In this document: piece by piece, positions 58,412-64,000 of the stretch
How the letters are laid out: every line of letters starts with the position of its first letter
Position numbering within the stretch: position 1 is the stretch's first letter
DNA from: Tepidisphaera sp.
GTDB lineage: Bacteria > Planctomycetota > Phycisphaerae > Phycisphaerales > UBA1924
Assembly (NCBI GenBank): GCA_050916045.1
Contig: CP051526.1
Location: 3,552,001 to 3,616,000 of the forward strand
DNA length: 64,000 nt
Direction: 5' to 3'
Notes under the pieces: model-generated
The model's database searches: none
Told to the model about the DNA's origin: nothing
What the model saw: the letters and a program-made list of their open reading frames with translations, nothing else
Made by a program: the position numbers and the translations under genes

Positions 58412-60559
58412 ATGACTCATGCGCGTGGCGCGTTCTTGGCGGCTTTGCTTGCGCTGGCCGGTGCGGCGATTTCGGTGCATGCGGACGGCGTGGTCGCCGG
58501 TCCGACTCCCGGGATGCTCCAGCTCCGATCGGGCACGTACGCGGTGGCGATGCTGCCCGACCTGCTCGCGGGGGGCGGTGCTTTCAAAGCTGGCGGCTCT
58601 TACGTGCTCGCGTTCGACGGTCCGATGACGGCGGAGCGACGGGCGGCGCTGGACCAGGCGGGCGTCGGGCTTCGCGAGTATCTCCCCACCGACTGCTTCA
58701 TCGCATCGCTTGACGGCGTGAAAGCCGGCTCGCTTCGGCAGGTGCCGGGATTGCGGAGCGTTCACGCGTTCGACCCCGCGTGGAAGGTCGCGGCGGGGCT
58801 GGGTCAGCAGGTGACGCAGGACGCCGAGCTTGAAGCGATCCGCGGAGCGGGCAAGTGGCCGGTGATGATCTCGCTCTTCTCTGGCGCGGATCCGGATGCG
58901 GCGCTCACGGCGATCCGGGGGATTGCCGGCGTGGAGGTCGTTTCGGTCAGCGACGAGGGCGGTTCGTGGATGATGACGGGGTCGATCCCGCCGGCAGCGG
59001 CCGCGGCGATCGCGGCTTTGGACGCGGTGCATTTCATCGACGACGCTCCGGCGTTTACGTTCCGCAACGGGAGCGCGGCGGGGATCATCCAGTCCAACAT
59101 CGCTGCGCAGACGCCGCTTTGGAACAACGGCCTGACGGGCACGGGCCAGATCATCGCGATGATCGACGGGATGCCCGAGATCACGCACTGCTCGTTCCTT
59201 GACCCGGTGAACCCGGTGGGCCCGCTTCACCGAAAGATCCAAGCGATGAACGGCGGGGTCTCGCCCAGCTTCCACGGGACGCACGTCGCGGGCACGCTCA
59301 TCGGCAACGCGGGCGTGAGCGGCGACACGCGAGGGATCGCGCACAACGCGCGGATGGTGTACAACACCCAGCCGTCGTTCAGCGAGACGAGCATGTTCAA
59401 CCGGCTGGACCTTCACCGGACGCAGGGCGCGTTCGTGCACTCCAACAGCTGGGGCAACGACAACACGACGGCGTATGACGGGATCGCGCGCGCGATCGAC
59501 AACTTCTCGTGGCAGAACGACGACAACCTCGTGCTCTTCGCGGTGACCAACGGGTCGCTGCTCAAGAACCCGGAGAACGCCAAGAACTGTCTCGCCGTCG
59601 CGGCTTCGGGGGACGCGGGATCGCAGGGCAACTTCTGCAGCGGCGGCCGCGGTCCGACGACCGACGGGCGACGCAAGCCCGAGGTGATGGCTCCGGGCTG
59701 CAGCATCCGCTCGGCGGACTATTCGTCCTCCTGCGGCGTGACTTCCGCGACGGGCACGTCGATGGCGTGCCCGATGGTCGCCGGGCTGGCGACGCTCATG
59801 CGTCAGTACTTCGTGGACGGCTACTACCCCACGGGCGCCGCGAATCCGGCGGACTCGTTCGCGCCGGCGGCTCCGCTGATCAAGGCTGCGCTCATCAACA
59901 GCAGCACCGACATGACGGGTATCTCGGGATATCCGAGCAACCAGGAGGGCTGGGGCCGCGTGCTTGGTGATGATGTGCTCATGTTCCCCGCCGACGCCCG
60001 CAAGCTTGTCGTGGCTCAGACGCGCAACGCCGGCCCGGGATCGCTCATGACCGGCGGAAGCTACGTGCTCCGCCTCCGCGTGACGGACGAGACGCAGACG
60101 CTCAAGGTGACCCTCGCGTACCACGACGCTCCTGCGGCGGTGAGCGCGAGCCTGACCCCGGTGAACAACCTCGACCTCGAAGTCACGCCCCTCGGAGGTG
60201 CTTCGTACCTCGGCAACGTCTTCACCAACGGCCGCTCAACCTCGGGCGGCACGGCGGACGCTCTGAACAACGTCGAACAGGTGATCGTGCAGTCTCCGCC
60301 GGCGGGATCGTGGATGGTCCGCGTGAGCGCTCCGGCGGTGAACGTCGGGACGCAGGGGTTCGGCCTTGTCGTCTCCGGCGGCGTCGAGACGCTTTGTCTG
60401 GCGGACTTCAACGGCGACGGGTTCGTCGACTTCTTCGACTATGACGCGTTCGTCGAGGGGTACGAAGCCGGCAGCGCGTTCAACGACATCAACGGCGACG
60501 GATTCCTGGACTTCTTCGACTACGACGCGTTCGTCGAGGTCTACGAAGCCGGGTGCTGA
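58412..60559 (+). CDS. Secreted S8 subtilase (KP-43-like) with GC-type dockerin-like tail
   Basis: Signal ending VHA-D; triad MIDG / HGTHVAG / GTSMACP; HSNSWG, GRRKPEVMAPG, EGWGR, NNLDL, NNVEQV; tail CLADFNGDG...YEAGC*. Confidence 0.92.
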   Translation: MTHARGAFLAALLALAGAAISVHADGVVAGPTPGMLQLRSGTYAVAMLPDLLAGGGAFKAGGSYVLAFDGPMTAERRAALDQAGVGLREYLPTDCFIASLDGVKAGSLRQVPGLRSVHAFDPAWKVAAGLGQQVTQDAELEAIRGAGKWPVMISLFSGADPDAALTAIRGIAGVEVVSVSDEGGSWMMTGSIPPAAAAAIAALDAVHFIDDAPAFTFRNGSAAGIIQSNIAAQTPLWNNGLTGTGQIIAMIDGMPEITHCSFLDPVNPVGPLHRKIQAMNGGVSPSFHGTHVAGTLIGNAGVSGDTRGIAHNARMVYNTQPSFSETSMFNRLDLHRTQGAFVHSNSWGNDNTTAYDGIARAIDNFSWQNDDNLVLFAVTNGSLLKNPENAKNCLAVAASGDAGSQGNFCSGGRGPTTDGRRKPEVMAPGCSIRSADYSSSCGVTSATGTSMACPMVAGLATLMRQYFVDGYYPTGAANPADSFAPAAPLIKAALINSSTDMTGISGYPSNQEGWGRVLGDDVLMFPADARKLVVAQTRNAGPGSLMTGGSYVLRLRVTDETQTLKVTLAYHDAPAAVSASLTPVNNLDLEVTPLGGASYLGNVFTNGRSTSGGTADALNNVEQVIVQSPPAGSWMVRVSAPAVNVGTQGFGLVVSGGVETLCLADFNGDGFVDFFDYDAFVEGYEAGSAFNDINGDGFLDFFDYDAFVEVYEAGC

Positions 60560-60600
60560 AGCCGGTTGGCTTGCGGGAAGGGACGCGGACGATGCTCCGT

Positions 60601-60804
60601 CTATCGCTTCTCCGGCGGTCGGCCGTCGATTGTGAGGGTCACCTTGCGGCTGGGTGCCTTGCGGCCGGGGAACCACGCTTTCGGCAGGATCATGCGGAGC
60701 ACGAAGTACGCGGCGGCCAGCGCGATGACGGTCGCCACCCAGAACTGCCAGTCGTGCACGGGCAGCGCGGCCGCGAGAACCCGGGATGAAGCGTCTGCGT
60801 TCAT
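60601..60804 (-). CDS. Small single-TM protein downstream of feoB
   Basis: DWQFWVATVIALAAAYFVLR helix then basic tail; position typical of FeoB-associated small proteins. Confidence 0.6.
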   Translation of the reverse strand: MNADASSRVLAAALPVHDWQFWVATVIALAAAYFVLRMILPKAWFPGRKAPSRKVTLTIDGRPPEKR

Positions 60805-60834
60805 GGATCGTGCAAGGCTAGGACGCCCGCCGCG

Positions 60835-62859
60835 TCAGGTGATCCCCGCGGCGCGGAGCGACTGATAGACCACGAGCGCCGCGAGATACGCCACGCCCGT
60901 CATCCACGCGAGCTGAAGGAAAGCCCACCGCTTGCCGCGCGCTTCGCGGGCCGTCACGGCGAGCGTCGGCAGACACTGCATGGCAAGCACGTAGTAGATG
61001 AGGAGGGACCAGCTCGTCGCGGTCGTGAAGACGGGCGAACCGTCGTCGCGGCGCGCGGCTTGGATCTGCTCCATGACGCCCTCGTGCTCCGGATCGTCAT
61101 CGCCGGTGGTGACGACCGCCATGGTGGACACGAACACCTCGCGGGCGGCGAAGCTCGACAGCACGCCGACGGAAAGCTGCCAGTCGTAGCCAAGCGGCTG
61201 AAAGACCGGCTGAATCCCCCGGCCAAGGAGCCCGATGAACGACCGGGCGCTGGCATCCTTGGCTTCCTCGAGCTCTGCCTGGTGGGCGAGTTGTTCGGCC
61301 TGCGCCGGGTCGGTCGCGGCCGCGGCTTGCGCCTGAAGCTCGGCGACGCGGGCGGGCGGCTCGACCTTGGGATAGCTGCCAAGCCACCAAAGCACGACGC
61401 AGATCGCGAGGATGTTCGTCCCGGCGTTCTTCGTGAACACCCATCCACGGTCCCAGGTCGTGTACAGCGCCGTGCGGAAGCTCGGCACCTTGTACGTCGG
61501 GAGCTCAAGCACCATCGGCCTGCTCTTGCCGCGAAGGAACGTGCGCCGGGCGAGCACAGCGCTCAGCAAACCCGCCAGGATGCCCAACGCATAGCACCCG
61601 ACGAACGCGAGCGCCGCCATGCCGGGCCTGCCCTTGAACAGAAGCGTCGTGAGCAGCACGTACACCGGCAGCCGGGCGGAACACGTCATGAACGGCGCCA
61701 CCAGGATCGTCGCCAATCGGTCCTTGAAATCCGGGATCGCCCGCGCCGCCATGATCCCCGGCAGCGCGCACGCATGGCTTCCCAGAAGCGGGATGAACGC
61801 GTGCCCCGGCAGCCCGAACGGCCGAAGCAGCTTGTCCATCAGCATCGCCGCCCGCGCGAGATAGCCGGTGTCCTCAAGCAGCGAGAGCATGAAGAAAAGC
61901 AGGCAGATCTGCGGCAGGAAAATCACCGTCGCGCCCACACCCGTCACGATCCCGTTGATGAACAGATCCGACAGAATCCCCTTCGGCAAGACTCCGGTCA
62001 TCCACTCCGCCCCGACCGCGAAAATCCACTCGATCGCGTCCATCGGGAAGCTCGCGAGGCTGAAGATCGCGTAGAAAAGCCCCGTCAGCACCGCGGCCAG
62101 GATCACCGGCCCGGCGACCGGGTGCATCGTCCAGCGGTCGATCGCGTCGGTGCCGTCGGCGGAGCGACGGGAAACGGTGTCGCCCAGGCTTTCCGCGTGC
62201 TCGTGCTCTTCCGCAGGATGGGCGACCTCGGCGAAAATGCGATCGGCCCACTCCTCGAGGCCCTCCGTGGTGCCGGGCGGGGTGATGCGCGGGATCGTCG
62301 CGCTGCGGAGCGCGGGCATGATCGAGTCCACGCCCTCCCCGCTTCGGGCGCTGATCAGCCGCACGGGGCAGCCGAGCTTCTCCGCGAGCGTCTCGGCGTT
62401 GATCTCGATGCCCTGCTTGGCGGCGAGATCGACCATGTTGACGGCGACGACGGTCGGGAGCCGGCGGCGGAGCACCTCGCCCGCGAAGATCAGGTTGCGG
62501 ATCAGGTTCGTCGCATCGACCACGATGAGCACGGCTTCGGGATCGACCGCCTGCTCACCCCGCGGCGCGAGGCGGCCGGCAAGCACCTCCCGGCAGATCA
62601 TGGCTTCGGATTGATCGAGTTCCAGCGAGTAGACGCCGGGGAGATCGATGATCTCGGTCTCGTGGACGCTGCCGCCGGCTTCCTCGCGGATGACGCCGAC
62701 GCGAGCGTCCTGCGTCGTGCCCGGGAAGTTGCTCGTCTTGGCCCGAAGGCCGCTCAGCCGGTTGAAAAGCGTCGTCTTTCCGGTGTTGGGGTTGCCCAGC
62801 AGGACCACGCGGAAAAAGCTGGTCCGCGGCGTTTGCGGCGGGATGACGGCAGCGTCCAT
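60835..62859 (-). CDS. feoB: Ferrous iron transporter B
   Basis: GNPNTGKT, NFPGTT, DLPG, NMVD; LEDTGYLAR, MTCSARLPVY, ELPTY, AAREV, QCLPT; alternative GTG start at 62868. Confidence 0.96.
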   Translation of the reverse strand: MDAAVIPPQTPRTSFFRVVLLGNPNTGKTTLFNRLSGLRAKTSNFPGTTQDARVGVIREEAGGSVHETEIIDLPGVYSLELDQSEAMICREVLAGRLAPRGEQAVDPEAVLIVVDATNLIRNLIFAGEVLRRRLPTVVAVNMVDLAAKQGIEINAETLAEKLGCPVRLISARSGEGVDSIMPALRSATIPRITPPGTTEGLEEWADRIFAEVAHPAEEHEHAESLGDTVSRRSADGTDAIDRWTMHPVAGPVILAAVLTGLFYAIFSLASFPMDAIEWIFAVGAEWMTGVLPKGILSDLFINGIVTGVGATVIFLPQICLLFFMLSLLEDTGYLARAAMLMDKLLRPFGLPGHAFIPLLGSHACALPGIMAARAIPDFKDRLATILVAPFMTCSARLPVYVLLTTLLFKGRPGMAALAFVGCYALGILAGLLSAVLARRTFLRGKSRPMVLELPTYKVPSFRTALYTTWDRGWVFTKNAGTNILAICVVLWWLGSYPKVEPPARVAELQAQAAAATDPAQAEQLAHQAELEEAKDASARSFIGLLGRGIQPVFQPLGYDWQLSVGVLSSFAAREVFVSTMAVVTTGDDDPEHEGVMEQIQAARRDDGSPVFTTATSWSLLIYYVLAMQCLPTLAVTAREARGKRWAFLQLAWMTGVAYLAALVVYQSLRAAGIT

Positions 62860-62864
62860 ACGGG

Positions 62865-63146
62865 TCACGCCTCCGCCCGCAGAACGACCCGGCTTGCCAC
62901 GTCCTTCGCGAGGCCGATCCGGCATCGGCAGTGGCAGCGGCAGGTGTGACCGCTGATCACCTCGACCACGCTCGGATTCCCGACCTTGCTCAGCCGGACA
63001 AGCGAGCCCGGGCGGAGGCCCATCGCCCGGAGCATCGAGGCTTCGTTCGGTTCGAGTTCAAGTCGGACGACCTGCGCGATCTCGCCCGCGGCCCACTGGG
63101 TCAGCGGACGCTCCTGAACGACGGGTTCGGCGACAGTCGAGCTCAT
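62865..63146 (-). CDS. feoA: Ferrous iron transport protein A with Cys-rich insert
   Basis: LRAMGLRPGS.V...GNP...RIGL..DVA.RV pattern, directly upstream of feoB. Confidence 0.88.
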   Translation of the reverse strand: MSSTVAEPVVQERPLTQWAAGEIAQVVRLELEPNEASMLRAMGLRPGSLVRLSKVGNPSVVEVISGHTCRCHCRCRIGLAKDVASRVVLRAEA

Positions 63147-63152
63147 CGGTGC

Positions 63153-63180
63153 ATTCTAGGCAGTTGAGACTGAGTCGCAA
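63153..63180 (-). promoter_or_regulatory. feoA promoter (TTGCGA-N16-TAGAAT) overlapped by a Fur-box-like 7-3-7 palindrome (63164-63180)
   Basis: TTGAGAC-TGA-GTCGCAA, one mismatch from a perfect inverted repeat; -10 lies 6 nt before the ATG. Confidence 0.65.
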
Positions 63181-63195
63181 ATGCTCAAAGGCCGC

Positions 63196-63933
63196 TCAAC
63201 GTCGTTTCAGCCAGCCTTTGGGGTGGTGTGTGATCAGAAAGCGTTCGCAGCGGGCGTGGTCGATCTCAAAGTGGGTGGCGTGGGGGCTGGTCGCGAAGAA
63301 ATCGTCGATGGCTTTGCGGGGGCCCTCCTCGCCGTTGCGGCTGAACATGGACAGGTCATCGATGACGCCGTCCTGGCAGAGGAGATAGCTGCCGGGCGTG
63401 ACCAGCGGGCTGTAGAGCTCAAGCTCGCGGCGGACATGCGGGCGGTTGTGGTCGCTGTCCAGAATCACCATCACGCGGCCGGGGGAAGGGCCAAGCCAAG
63501 CCCGGAGCGAAGCAAGCGTCTCGTCGCTCACAGAGCTTCCAAGGTGCGTCGTGATGCGAGGATGGGCGGGATCAATCGCGTGGAGTTTTTCGATATCCAC
63601 TGTCCAGATGCGGCCCTGGCCGCGAGCTTGGCTGCCGCTGCCGTACAAGAGGTCGAAGATCTGGGAGAAGAACAGAGCAGAGCCGCCGCGGTTGGTGCCG
63701 GTCTCGATGAGGACGTCGGGCTTGATCTCGGCGATGGTCTCCTGGATCGTCCAGAGGTCCAGGACGTTCTGCCAGACCGGAATTCCGAGCCATGTGACCT
63801 TGTCGAAGTTGTTGGTGTGCTTGATGAGGCGTTCGAAGAACCGGTCCTTGGCGGCGTTGTCCAGAGCGCGAGCGAGCGTCCCGCGGGTGCGTGAGCGGTG
63901 CGAGGGCGGGACTGCGTCTCGGTGCGAAGCCAT
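63196..63933 (-). CDS. CmcI (cephalosporin hydroxylase)-family SAM-dependent methyltransferase
   Basis: TWLGIP, QETIAEIKPDVLIETGTNRGGS, VILDSDH...HV..EL..Y.PLV..GSY, ITHHPKGWLKR. Confidence 0.88.
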   Translation of the reverse strand: MASHRDAVPPSHRSRTRGTLARALDNAAKDRFFERLIKHTNNFDKVTWLGIPVWQNVLDLWTIQETIAEIKPDVLIETGTNRGGSALFFSQIFDLLYGSGSQARGQGRIWTVDIEKLHAIDPAHPRITTHLGSSVSDETLASLRAWLGPSPGRVMVILDSDHNRPHVRRELELYSPLVTPGSYLLCQDGVIDDLSMFSRNGEEGPRKAIDDFFATSPHATHFEIDHARCERFLITHHPKGWLKRR

Positions 63934-64000
63934 CGCGGCAGTGTACGTCCTGTGCGCGGGCCTTTTCGGCGCGGGCGCGTGGCTCAAGCGTGCTTGGCGT

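Overview
GC-rich (roughly two-thirds by eye, not computed), densely coding chromosomal window. Gene content points to a Planctomycetota genome, most likely class Phycisphaerae. This is an inference from the FlgI-like HEAT lipoprotein, the ECF sigma/Ser-Thr kinase pair, the CxxCGYDL-CPxCG zinc-ribbon membrane proteins and the C-terminal 'GC' dockerin-like modules. Housekeeping genes: smc (5' part), dcd-nrdJ with tandem NrdR-like boxes, ffh, type III glnA, upp, ybeY-corC-like, tRNA-Ala(GGC), gmhB/GT9, ilvE, a short stand-alone pheT, astA/astB/astD, a GldA/F/G-like ABC system with DUF4340, and feoAB. I saw no prophage, intact IS element, CRISPR array or rRNA. The most striking signal is five unlinked secreted proteins with unrelated cargos (S8 subtilase, HExxH metalloprotease, lectin/Ig-like, Cys-rich repeat and PPC-like proteins). 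All end in the same 54-58 aa Cys-bracketed double EF-hand/dockerin-like module terminating in E[TA]GC-stop, in two sub-types, which suggests a modular surface-display or protein-complex system. Other points of interest: an ast locus split by a divergent kinase/ECF pair and containing two zinc-ribbon paralogues, a probable catalytically dead IS200-fold protein in an LPS-heptose operon, a FeoA with a CxCHCxC insert behind a Fur-like palindrome, repeated signs of leaderless transcription, and two different 12-bp tandem arrays flanking dcd-nrdJ. All calls are motif recognition by eye; no database search was run.
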